Part shown: positions 24,919-32,000 of the stretch, one piece after another | How positions within the stretch are numbered: the stretch's first letter is position 1 | Layout: the number at the start of each line of letters is the position of its first letter | Assembly (NCBI RefSeq): GCF_000020025.1 | Contig: NC_010631.1 | Span: 322,565 to 354,564, forward strand | Direction: 5' to 3' | Length of the DNA stretch: 32,000 nucleotides | From: Nostoc punctiforme PCC 73102 | GTDB taxonomy: Bacteria > Cyanobacteriota > Cyanobacteriia > Cyanobacteriales > Nostocaceae | The notes under the pieces: generated by a model | The model's database searches: none | What the model was told of the DNA's origin: nothing | Seen by the model: only the letters and a program-made list of their open reading frames with translations | Position numbers and translations under genes: made by a program

Positions 24919-25268
24919 AACAACTAACAGGTTTTATTCCCATTGCTGCATTACCTGAATCTACTGCTGCTTCTGCTAAAAAACAGCTAATAGAAACAAT
25001 TGAATGGCTCGACAAAGAGGGTGCTGCTACTGAAACCAACCTCAAACTCTTGACTGCAATTGTCGAGTCTATCCTTTGTTCTGAAGAATTATACACCAGA
25101 TTTTTACAATGTGGCTTTGATGCAGCTATTGAGTTTTTCGATACCAATTCTCAGAACTGGGAGTTTGAAGAGTCAACGTCATCACCTTATAATCCCAGGA
25201 ATTGGGATGAGTACAAGCAGCTACAAAAGCTACCACCATCACTGACTAACAAAGAAAATGGATCTTGA
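24915..25268 (+). CDS. Hypothetical protein (117 aa)
   Basis: GGAGGA RBS at 24906-24911. ATGA coupling at 24915-24918. Confidence 0.6.
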   Translation: MKQLTGFIPIAALPESTAASAKKQLIETIEWLDKEGAATETNLKLLTAIVESILCSEELYTRFLQCGFDAAIEFFDTNSQNWEFEESTSSPYNPRNWDEYKQLQKLPPSLTNKENGS

Positions 25269-25314
25269 AATACAGCCCTAGTTGACCTGATCTAGTACAG
25301 GGATCGTATCAAAA

Positions 25315-26082
25315 TTATTCTTGGTTCTTAGATTCGCCCTGATGTAATTGTTGTACCACTTCTACTGATAAGCCAGTAGACCGAGCTATTACATCAACAC
25401 TGATACCCTCAGCTAATAAGTTGATAGCAATTTTACGGGCTTTTTCATCACTACCTTCTGTCTTGATTGATTGATAAACCACTGACTCCTGCATAATGTC
25501 TTTCCTGAATAAACGTCCAATGACTTCTTGTTCTAATACTAACCCAGCCAGAATTGCACAAGCGGCAGCAATATTACTTTGTGTCCGCCGTTCAGGAATT
25601 TTGTCAATAGTTTCGGCTGCAAGTTCTAATGTACCAACCTTGTCATTAGTTGCACTCAAAACCGCAAAAGGCAGTAATCCTGGTGCTGTCAAAAATACCT
25701 CTGGCGGTTGCTCCCATAAGCGAATCACTGAAAATTCATGTCGCAAACTTTCAGTAGTGAACGTGGTTTGATACACCTTCTCTGATTCAGTTTTGGCTAA
25801 GTAAATCACCACTTGGTGCATTCGTTTATTAGGAAAACGGCGATACACCCTCAAACGATAATCAGCCATTCTAAAAGGCATATCGTCATCGGGTTTAGTT
25901 TGAAATTCAATATGAAGAACAACTTCATCTGATTGCAGCAATATTAAGGCATCAGCACGAATCGGTTCTAAAGACAATTCTGTAGGACTTAATTTGGTTA
26001 AAGTAATCGGTTCTCCTAATAGCCAAGTAGCAAAATCAGGAGAATACATCTCAGCGATAAATTTGCAGGTGTTATCAAACAT
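25315..26082 (-). CDS. Rpn-family recombination-promoting nuclease / putative transposase (PD-(D/E)XK, cyanobacterial DUF4351-type C-terminus)
   Basis: MFDNTCKFIAEMYSPDFATWLLGEP..., RADALILLQSDEVVLHIEFQTKPDDDMPFRMADYRLRVYRRF, and the C-terminal IMQESVVYQSIKTEG...KIAINLLAEGISVDVIARSTGLS are typical of this family. Confidence 0.8.
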   Translation of the reverse strand: MFDNTCKFIAEMYSPDFATWLLGEPITLTKLSPTELSLEPIRADALILLQSDEVVLHIEFQTKPDDDMPFRMADYRLRVYRRFPNKRMHQVVIYLAKTESEKVYQTTFTTESLRHEFSVIRLWEQPPEVFLTAPGLLPFAVLSATNDKVGTLELAAETIDKIPERRTQSNIAAACAILAGLVLEQEVIGRLFRKDIMQESVVYQSIKTEGSDEKARKIAINLLAEGISVDVIARSTGLSVEVVQQLHQGESKNQE

Positions 26083-26282
26083 AAACCAAGTTTATCAAAT
26101 AATAAGCCAATTTTAGTATTACGACTCTCAAAATAAGTGAACGCACAGTCACTTGGGAAATATGCCGCATTGTTTGAGTGAGTTCATGGGTTGTGCCGAA
26201 CCGCTAGTTGATCCAGATTAAATCAACAAACCTATATCACAGAACTGTACACAGTGAATTACAAACTAGAGGAAATAAACAG

Positions 26283-26498
26283 ATGAATCTTTGGTCAAGA
26301 ATAGATTTAATTGCATTAACAAACGAACGCTTTTTAAGAGAGTATTACGATTTTATTTCTGATTACGATGACGGATGGATGATTAAGTTCTTCTATCTGA
26401 TTAAAGTAAATGTTGCTCTCTGGTTTGGATGGGAGTCACAGCCGGAATATGACGGTTGGCATTGGGGACTGGGGTATTTTGAAGAAGAATACCGATAA
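26283..26498 (+). CDS. Hypothetical small protein (71 aa; ATG at 26283 preferred)
   Basis: GAGGA RBS (ctagaggaaataaacagATG). MNLWSRIDLIALTNERFLREYYDFISDYDDGWMIKFF... Confidence 0.5.
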   Translation: MNLWSRIDLIALTNERFLREYYDFISDYDDGWMIKFFYLIKVNVALWFGWESQPEYDGWHWGLGYFEEEYR

Positions 26499-26632
26499 GA
26501 CTGGAATGCCCCAATAGGAGCTTGTGATTGGCAAGAAATCTGTACTCCCGTCAGTTTTCTCAAATGGCAATATGGTATCGGTGAAAACTCGAATTACTAA
26601 TCGATAATCGGCTATTCAGCCAAGGATTAAAA

Positions 26633-26827
26633 ATGGCTAACCTTCCACCAATTAATTCAGTTGTCAAAGTCATCAAAACAGTTGTAGAAAAAGACACCAG
26701 GTTAGGGCAAACAGGTACAGTAATCCAGTATTCAGGACACGGCATGGTTTGTATTCATTTCTCAGATATGCCGCCTGGTGAAGGAATTTTTTTCAATCCA
26801 CATCATTTACAAATCATAGAGTCATAG
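26633..26827 (+). CDS. Hypothetical small protein (64 aa)
   Basis: AAGGA RBS (ccaaggattaaaaATG). The sequence looks beta-rich (VVKVIKTVVEKDTRLGQTGTVIQYSGHGMVCIHF). Confidence 0.55.
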   Translation: MANLPPINSVVKVIKTVVEKDTRLGQTGTVIQYSGHGMVCIHFSDMPPGEGIFFNPHHLQIIES

Positions 26828-26835
26828 TCAAGATT

Positions 26836-27036
26836 ATGCCGAGAAAATCCACTTACCCCAGCACTAGCGACCAATCACACCAATGCTTACAATACCTTCA
26901 ACGCTGTGGAGGTAGCACACGGTTGTGCAGTATTAACTTCAGTCTGGGGGTGATTCAAACATTGGTAAATCAAAAGTTGGTAAAGATTAAAAATACTGGT
27001 GCGGGATTTTTTGTTGAATTGGAGGATGCTAAATGA
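26836..27036 (+). CDS. Hypothetical small protein (66 aa)
   Basis: The ORF starts 8 nt after the previous stop. It has an ATGA overlap with the next gene. Confidence 0.5.
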   Translation: MPRKSTYPSTSDQSHQCLQYLQRCGGSTRLCSINFSLGVIQTLVNQKLVKIKNTGAGFFVELEDAK

Positions 27037-27377
27037 AAACACAGAAAGCGGCTTATCAATCATCTTTGCCTTCAAACACTCGTAATAAATTAGTTTTTCG
27101 TCGGACTCGAAAAAGATTCAACCCCAGGATTTTTATTGAGCGCACCATAGAAACAACTGCAATTATCTCTCTGCTCTTGACTGGATTTTCGGGAGTTGGA
27201 GCAATGGGGTGCTGGGGAATGGAGATTATAGAGACGAATGCTGACTCCAACATTATCATCTCTGGTTGGGAGCAGCAAAAAAATATCTGCCTGGGTGCAA
27301 TACTGGTCAGTTTTTCCGCTTTCTTAGGGAGTTCTTTAGCCGGAGCAAGCCTCAGCATTCAACGAGATAAATTTTAG
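27033..27377 (+). CDS. Hypothetical membrane protein (114 aa, two predicted TM helices)
   Basis: GGAGGA RBS. Hydrophobic helices AIISLLLTGFSGVGAMGCWGM and ICLGAILVSFSAFLGSSLAGASL. Confidence 0.6.
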   Translation: MKTQKAAYQSSLPSNTRNKLVFRRTRKRFNPRIFIERTIETTAIISLLLTGFSGVGAMGCWGMEIIETNADSNIIISGWEQQKNICLGAILVSFSAFLGSSLAGASLSIQRDKF

Positions 27378-27391
27378 GTAAGTTAAAGGCA

Positions 27392-27604
27392 ATGGAAGAG
27401 TACAAAACCAAACATGGCGGCTACAAAATCGAGACAACTGAGTTATCAGATGGTGCTGTGGATGTTCATGTTGGGAAGCAGGGCTTTTTTTAAACAACTT
27501 GGGCATCACCTTCAACTCAAACTTTTGACAATCATACACAAGCTGTTAGTCATGCCAAAAATGCTATTGATAACGGCGAAATCGATTCTGTTTTTATTAG
27601 TTGA
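27392..27604 (+). pseudogene. ~70-codon ORF interrupted by one in-frame TAA (27491-27493)
   Basis: My translation is MEEYKTKHGGYKIETTELSDGAVDVHVGKQGFF*TTWASPSTQTFDNHTQAVSHAKNAIDNGEIDSVFIS*. Both halves are protein-like and in the same frame. The tracked 27414-27635 ORF is in another frame and is hydrophobic nonsense. Confidence 0.4.
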
Positions 27605-27631
27605 AATGCACGAACCACCGAAAAGGAAAAG

Positions 27632-27994
27632 ATGAACACAAAGCAATTGATTCTTAAATCTGCCATTACCACTTTCGCACTTTCGACTGTTTTAAGCGGC
27701 ACTGTATTTTTCTTGCAAACAAAAGCAAATCAGCCCAATCTAGACGCTAGACTGGCTTTCTGTTTCAGCATGATGGGAACTGGATTGACCATGTTTATTG
27801 GTAGTCGGATTGAGGCAGCGCAATTTGAAGAATCATTAAAACCCAGACCTGTACCTCCTCCGTGTCGAGGTTGCAGGCATTTCCACGGGGTTATCTACAA
27901 TGGTGTGTTTCTCAATTGCACTGTTCATCCCAAAGGCTGCTTCGGTGACAAATGCCCCGATTGGCAAACATTTAAAAAATCTTTAGAGGAGTAA
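27632..27994 (+). CDS. Membrane protein with a Cys-rich C-terminal domain (120 aa)
   Basis: AAGGAAAAG RBS. Two hydrophobic helices are followed by PPCRGCRHFHGVIYNGVFLNCTVHPKGCFGDKCPDW, a Cys/His pattern suggesting metal binding. Confidence 0.65.
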   Translation: MNTKQLILKSAITTFALSTVLSGTVFFLQTKANQPNLDARLAFCFSMMGTGLTMFIGSRIEAAQFEESLKPRPVPPPCRGCRHFHGVIYNGVFLNCTVHPKGCFGDKCPDWQTFKKSLEE

Positions 27995-27998
27995 GAAA

Positions 27999-28274
27999 AT
28001 GACATTAACTCTAGATAATCGCTCTCAAAAAAAAGAATCGTCCTTAACACGAGCATTACGGCAGATACAACAGCTAAACTCCAAGATTCAGGAGTTGGAG
28101 CAGCAGCATCAAGATTATGTGCATCAGCAACAGAATTTAATTCCAGCTATCGCTGAGATTTGTATTTCTCCAATGCAGGAAATACAGGCGCTGCGGATTC
28201 TCATATATCGGGGAGAGGAGGAGTGTCGGCGGTACTTGCGCTCGGTGGTGGTAAAGCGAAGGAAGATTTTGTAG
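27999..28274 (+). CDS. Hypothetical coiled-coil protein (91 aa)
   Basis: GAGGAG RBS. ALRQIQQLNSKIQELEQQHQDYVHQQQNL. Confidence 0.55.
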   Translation: MTLTLDNRSQKKESSLTRALRQIQQLNSKIQELEQQHQDYVHQQQNLIPAIAEICISPMQEIQALRILIYRGEEECRRYLRSVVVKRRKIL

Positions 28275-28277
28275 AGA

Positions 28278-28556
28278 TCAGGCACTCAATGATTCCGGTT
28301 CTGTACGTGATATTTCCAAAACCCGACGTAACCAATATGAAGTTTCAAGAGAAGCAGATTGCTTTTTTTGGGCATCAGACCAGATGCCGTCCCAATCAAA
28401 CAGCCAATTAGTCAGCAAACGAACTAAGTCAACTAACTCACAGGCTCGGTCAATGTCATCTGCTTTTAGCATGTCGGGTACAGTCCACTCAATAAAGTAC
28501 CGACTTTCTTTTACCAGAGTCAGTATCAATTCCTGCGACGAGCCTTGAGTCCACAA
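28278..28556 (-). CDS. Hypothetical protein (92 aa, TTG start), convergent with the preceding operon
   Basis: The composition is protein-like (ESRYFIEWTVPDMLKADDIDRACELVDLVRLLTNWLFDWDGIW). The start codon is weak and I see no RBS. Confidence 0.35.
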   Translation of the reverse strand: MWTQGSSQELILTLVKESRYFIEWTVPDMLKADDIDRACELVDLVRLLTNWLFDWDGIWSDAQKKQSASLETSYWLRRVLEISRTEPESLSA

Positions 28557-28724
28557 AACTGAATTTGCTCAAGGTGTACAGCTAGATGATGCAAACGGAT
28601 AGGCACATCATCTTGTATAAAAATTTGTTGTTTCGGTGTCAATTCGATTATAAATTACCCAGTGGCGAGATTACCTAATAGCAAATTCAAATCATAACCT
28701 CTATCAAGCAAAGGCATTCTAATT

Positions 28725-28940
28725 ATGAAACCTAATCAAGTACAAGTAATTACTGTAAGTCTCACTGGCACATTAGCGGCCATATCTATCGGGTATTTAG
28801 GAGTGCAATTTTTTGGCAAGAATGCAATGTACATGATTGCGACAGGAATGTTAGGGCTGGGTACTGGGGGAGCTATTGGTCAGATTTTAGTAGAGAAAAG
28901 GCAGCAGCGAGTAGTACAAACACAGTTAAAACAACAATAG
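28725..28940 (+). CDS. Small membrane protein (71 aa, two TM helices)
   Basis: VITVSLTGTLAAISIGYLGVQFF and MYMIATGMLGLGTGGAIGQILV. The gene is bracketed by 27-nt direct repeats. Confidence 0.5.
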   Translation: MKPNQVQVITVSLTGTLAAISIGYLGVQFFGKNAMYMIATGMLGLGTGGAIGQILVEKRQQRVVQTQLKQQ

Positions 28941-29035
28941 GAGCAATCGTATGGAAACTTCAAAAGTTGTTATATCATCTTGTACAAAACTTTGTTGTTT
29001 AGAAACAAAATCATCCATTTTTTTGAAAATATAAA

Positions 29036-29509
29036 TTATGCTGAGATTTTTTCGCCAACAGCTTGATGTATAATCTGTTTCTTTAACGAATCTGCTGCAA
29101 CTGCTGCAATAGTTTCCCAATCTTCTTGTTTTAATAACAATCCAAGCAGTTCCCGTAGTATTTCTCGATTAGAAATGAATTCTTCACCATAAAGCTCATC
29201 ATTTTCCAGAATAGCAAGTATGTATTCTCTTACCTCTGGTGTCGGCAGTCTAAACTTTTCAAGTATTCTCTCTTTTGCTGTTTTTACAGCAATTTTCGTA
29301 GCTGTACCTAAATTCCAATTATTTAGCAGCAATCGCACTTCTCTATTTAGAGAAATACGCAACGTTGTGAAGCGTCCCCAAAGTTCTAGATTGCCCATTA
29401 AGGAACCAAATGCTGACCCCCAATCTAATCCAGCCCCAATGTTGCCACCAATTTTATCCTCAGCTTCAACACTTTTTCTTAAAGATTCTTCATCAAATAA
29501 TTGGCTCAT
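29036..29509 (-). CDS. Hypothetical protein (157 aa), downstream partner of the GNAT gene
   Basis: It starts 14 nt after the GNAT stop on the same strand. The sequence looks helical, and I recognise no motif. Confidence 0.6.
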   Translation of the reverse strand: MSQLFDEESLRKSVEAEDKIGGNIGAGLDWGSAFGSLMGNLELWGRFTTLRISLNREVRLLLNNWNLGTATKIAVKTAKERILEKFRLPTPEVREYILAILENDELYGEEFISNREILRELLGLLLKQEDWETIAAVAADSLKKQIIHQAVGEKISA

Positions 29510-29523
29510 TTAGCTTTACTACC

Positions 29524-30096
29524 TCATACAGGAGAACGAAAAACTCCATACTCAAAGTAAACTAGATCGTCGTAATCTTCATCCTCTCCGACATCAATCA
29601 TGCCTTGGTTATCATAAAATTCTTCTACTCCCGGTAGTGAGTGTAACCCTACTCTTCCCTCATAACCTAGCTCTAAACTGCGAGTTCTGGCAAACGCTAA
29701 GAATGCAGTCCCAACACCTTTCAATTTTGGCGGACGTTGGATATATGCCCGATTCCAGGGTGCGGTAGCGATACCGTCAATATATACCAAGCGTTTACCC
29801 TCTACCAGTCGAGAACCGTGCATTTGGGTTTCAATCAGCATTAATCCTTGAGTTTCATCTTCGTATTCAATCGCAAAGCCTTCACGGTTTGCTTGTCTAT
29901 TAATAATAAACTCAAGTTTAAACTCCCAATCCCAAAATTTATCTGATTGCCCGTGCAATTTTAATTGTTCTTTCCACTTGTTGGCATAATCATCGACGTG
30001 CTTTTGCCATAGCTCCACTAAATCTGCTTCCACAATCGTGTTATCTTGACCGCGAATTAGTTTTACCAAAGGAAGCATTACACCAAAATTACCCAT
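29524..30096 (-). CDS. GNAT-family N-acetyltransferase (190 aa)
   Basis: An acetyl-CoA-binding motif-A-like segment is present: IDGIATAPWNR...RPPKLKGVGTAFLAFARTRSLELGYEGRVGLHSL. Confidence 0.65.
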   Translation of the reverse strand: MGNFGVMLPLVKLIRGQDNTIVEADLVELWQKHVDDYANKWKEQLKLHGQSDKFWDWEFKLEFIINRQANREGFAIEYEDETQGLMLIETQMHGSRLVEGKRLVYIDGIATAPWNRAYIQRPPKLKGVGTAFLAFARTRSLELGYEGRVGLHSLPGVEEFYDNQGMIDVGEDEDYDDLVYFEYGVFRSPV

Positions 30097-30180
30097 GAAC
30101 TAATTGTATCAATACCATCAATCAGCAGCATAACCGTCTATCTAGCGCAAAAAGAACAATGGCTCTCGATCCCACTTCAG

Positions 30181-30210
30181 AAAAAAGCCCCAAAAACAGG
30201 GCTTTTTTTT
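30181..30210. terminator. Bidirectional intrinsic-terminator-like hairpin
   Basis: In aaaaaagccc-caaaaaca-gggctttttttt, the GC core agccc/gggct is extendable by A:T pairs. An A-run sits on one side and a T-run on the other. Confidence 0.45.
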
Positions 30211-30232
30211 CATCCCTCTTTTTTTTCGTCAA

Positions 30233-30451
30233 CCCTGCCACTTCCTTTGTGACACCCATCTTGTATAGCTTTGAGTGCTTTCAAGTGACACCAAGTTCAT
30301 AAATTAACCCTGCCGCTTTTTGTGACATTCCTTTAATAGCAAGGGTTCTAGAGTTTTACCCCATCTTGCCGCTTTCTGTGACATCTATACACAGCAAGGC
30401 TTTTCAATGTCACGGCAGACTTCGCCGGTTTATTGTGCCGCTTTATGACAC
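30233..30451. repeat. Iteron-like array: four direct copies and one inverted compact copy of TGCCGCTTT-N(1-3)-TGTGACA
   Basis: ccctgccacttcctttgtgacac (30233-30255); ccctgccgctttttgtgacat (30308-30328); cttgccgctttctgtgacat (30365-30384); inverted atgtcacggca (30407-30417); gtgccgctttatgacac (30435-30451). Confidence 0.7.
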
Positions 30452-30600
30452 TATCGGATAAAAAAAAGTAACTGTTTAGGGGATTTGAAATGCGTGAAAA
30501 GTATGTATATTGCTATCACCACCGAAGCGAGAGCGGTTACGCCATTGCTAAACTCTTGGTAATTTTTCATCGTGTCTCTATTTTGATATGGTATTAATTA

Positions 30601-31131
30601 ATGCTCATCTGTGCTAATACCCAAATTCCTTTTCCCCGTTCCTTGGTTTATGCTACCTATCGGGACAAACTACTTGAGCTAGTTGCCTATATGCCAAACG
30701 TGCGTGACATCGAAGTTAAATCACGTAATGAAGTAGGTAGTAATATTTATACTGTTAACGAGTGGCATGGTGGTAGCGAAATTCCAGCAGCAGCAAGAGT
30801 TATCCTCTCTGAAGATATGCTCTCGTGGACAGAATATAATACGTGGGATCAGGCTTTGCTTACAGTTGAATGGCGTATTGAAACTCACGCTTTTACAAAA
30901 GCAGTCAAGTGTTCTGGCAAAAATTGCTTTCTGTTAGATGGCAATACGACAATAATTGAAAGCCGTGGTGAACTAGCGATTGACCCAAAACAAATTAACG
31001 GAGTACCATTCTTTCTCACAAGTACAATTGCTAATGTAGTTGAAGATTTTTTAGGAAAAAATATACAACCTAACCTACTAGCAATGAGTGCGGGAGTGCG
31101 CCAGTATCTAGAGCAAAATGCCAGAGATTGA
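30601..31131 (+). CDS. Hypothetical protein (176 aa); weak impression of an SRPBCC/START-like alpha+beta fold
   Basis: A clean ORF with protein-like composition. I found no diagnostic motif. Confidence 0.6.
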   Translation: MLICANTQIPFPRSLVYATYRDKLLELVAYMPNVRDIEVKSRNEVGSNIYTVNEWHGGSEIPAAARVILSEDMLSWTEYNTWDQALLTVEWRIETHAFTKAVKCSGKNCFLLDGNTTIIESRGELAIDPKQINGVPFFLTSTIANVVEDFLGKNIQPNLLAMSAGVRQYLEQNARD

Positions 31132-31173
31132 AAGTCAGCATATCAATTAGTAGAGTGTTGAGCCAGAAGCTAA

Positions 31174-31638
31174 CTACTGTGCCTTTGCTGTACTTGCCAA
31201 TTCTAGCCATCGGCTCAATTCTTTTTGGTTGATGATACGTAACTTAGAGAAAGGAATACGGCGTTTAGATGCCCAACGGTATAGGGTTCGCAAAGTCACT
31301 TTGTAGCCTGTTTGCTCATAAAGATAGTCCGGTAATTCTCGCCCTAAGAGTGGAAATTCCGGGTTTTCTAAATCAATACCAAATTTGGCAAGTCGTTCTT
31401 TCTCTTTCATCAGTAACAATGAAACGTCAGACAACGAATACTTTTTGAAAGGGTTTTGACGTTTCAGGTAAAATAATCCTAGTAAATAGCACCATTCTTT
31501 GAGTTTAACTTCTCGCTTGTAAGGCTGAACGCCACATATTCGCAGACAGTTACGCCAAGTTCTTTGGGAAATATTCTTACCTAAAACGTGTTCGCAAGCT
31601 GTTTTTACCCAAGTAAGGTTGTACATATTTTGATACAT
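31174..31638 (-). CDS. DNA-binding protein with a C-terminal excisionase/MerR-type HTH
   Basis: GYKVTLRTLYRWASKRRIPFSKL matches the usual '...s.rTlyrw...g.iP..k.g' pattern of excisionase-family HTH domains. Confidence 0.6.
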   Translation of the reverse strand: MYQNMYNLTWVKTACEHVLGKNISQRTWRNCLRICGVQPYKREVKLKEWCYLLGLFYLKRQNPFKKYSLSDVSLLLMKEKERLAKFGIDLENPEFPLLGRELPDYLYEQTGYKVTLRTLYRWASKRRIPFSKLRIINQKELSRWLELASTAKAQ

Positions 31639-31685
31639 ATTTCCTCCAATAATTTAATGCCCAGGGAAAACCTGGGCGCTCAAGC

Positions 31686-31928
31686 TTAATCTTCTACAGG
31701 TTCAGTTTCGTCTCCCAGCTTTCCACGAAGACGTTTGTTAATCATTCTTTTGTTACTGCGTTCGACATAAGCGCCAAAACCGTTTTCCCAAAATACACGG
31801 TGCAATTCTGACAATTTCCAACCTTCAAAGTCGGCTAATTCCTCAGCCTCTTCAAATAGTGCTGTTGGCACGTAGAGTTCAATCCGGGTCATTCCCTGTG
31901 CTTTCGTTCTAGGCATTGTTGCATCCAT
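31686..31928 (-). CDS. Ribbon-helix-helix (CopG-like) protein (80 aa)
   Basis: A beta-strand TRIELYVPTALFEEAEELA is followed by two helices (KLSELHRVFWENGF). It lies upstream of, and co-directional with, the HTH gene. Confidence 0.55.
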   Translation of the reverse strand: MDATMPRTKAQGMTRIELYVPTALFEEAEELADFEGWKLSELHRVFWENGFGAYVERSNKRMINKRLRGKLGDETEPVED

Positions 31929-32000
31929 ACTTAATCACCCAAATTATCAACTGATATTGGTTATGGGACAAGAAGCCGACAAATTCAAGAATATTGTTGG

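Noticed and set aside
27414-27635. 73-aa ORF from the track.
   Set aside because: It is in a different frame from the far more protein-like interrupted ORF 27392-27604. It would also run into the RBS and start of the next gene.
30490-30597. 35-codon ORF (MREKYVYCYHHRSESGYAIAKLLVIFHRVSILIWY) with an AGGGGA RBS, ending 3 nt before the 30601 start.
   Set aside because: It is plausible as a leader peptide, but it is too short and unconserved to call from sequence alone.
1-32000. Searched by eye for tRNA, rRNA, tmRNA, reverse transcriptase/retron or DGR components, integrase, relaxase, and ParA/Rep genes.
   Set aside because: None was recognised. Absence calls by eye are weak for small RNAs and should be confirmed with tRNAscan-SE/Infernal.

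Overview
This window looks like an accessory or plasmid-like region of a filamentous (Nostocales-type) cyanobacterium. That is inferred from at least 17 copies of the HIP1 octamer GCGATCGC, heptamer-repeat MITE-like elements, an RTX protein, CHAT and GUN4 domains, and an Rpn/DUF4351-type nuclease.

Layout:
1. nt 2-2425: 3' part of a large RTX Ca-binding repeat protein.
2. nt 2688-4975: a decayed copy of a two-gene backbone module. Its intact copy lies at 17482-20361, downstream of an XRE regulator.
3. Between the two copies lies a 12.5-kb cargo. It holds a small RHH gene missed by the ORF track, a 111-aa single-TM protein translationally coupled to a 965-aa CHAT protease-STAND NTPase-GUN4 protein, a frameshifted RAYT/IS200-like relic, and a very AT-rich, HIP1-free pair. 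That pair is a PLD(HKD)-SNF2 helicase plus a 1341-aa gamma-class N6-adenine methyltransferase with a C-terminal AlbA_2/Schlafen-like domain.
4. nt 21.4-28.3 kb: a one-strand block of small, often translationally coupled ORFans. It is interrupted by two inverted copies of a ~200-bp MITE-like element, a 190-bp tandem duplication and an Rpn-family nuclease gene.
5. nt 29-32 kb: a GNAT acetyltransferase pair, an iteron-like repeat array and RHH/HTH DNA-binding genes.

No rRNA, tRNA or CRISPR array was seen.

The best candidates for an undescribed system are the TM-protein/CHAT-STAND-GUN4 cassette and the nuclease-less methyltransferase-AlbA_2 plus PLD-SNF2 pair. All domain calls come from motif reading by eye and need HMM or structure confirmation.
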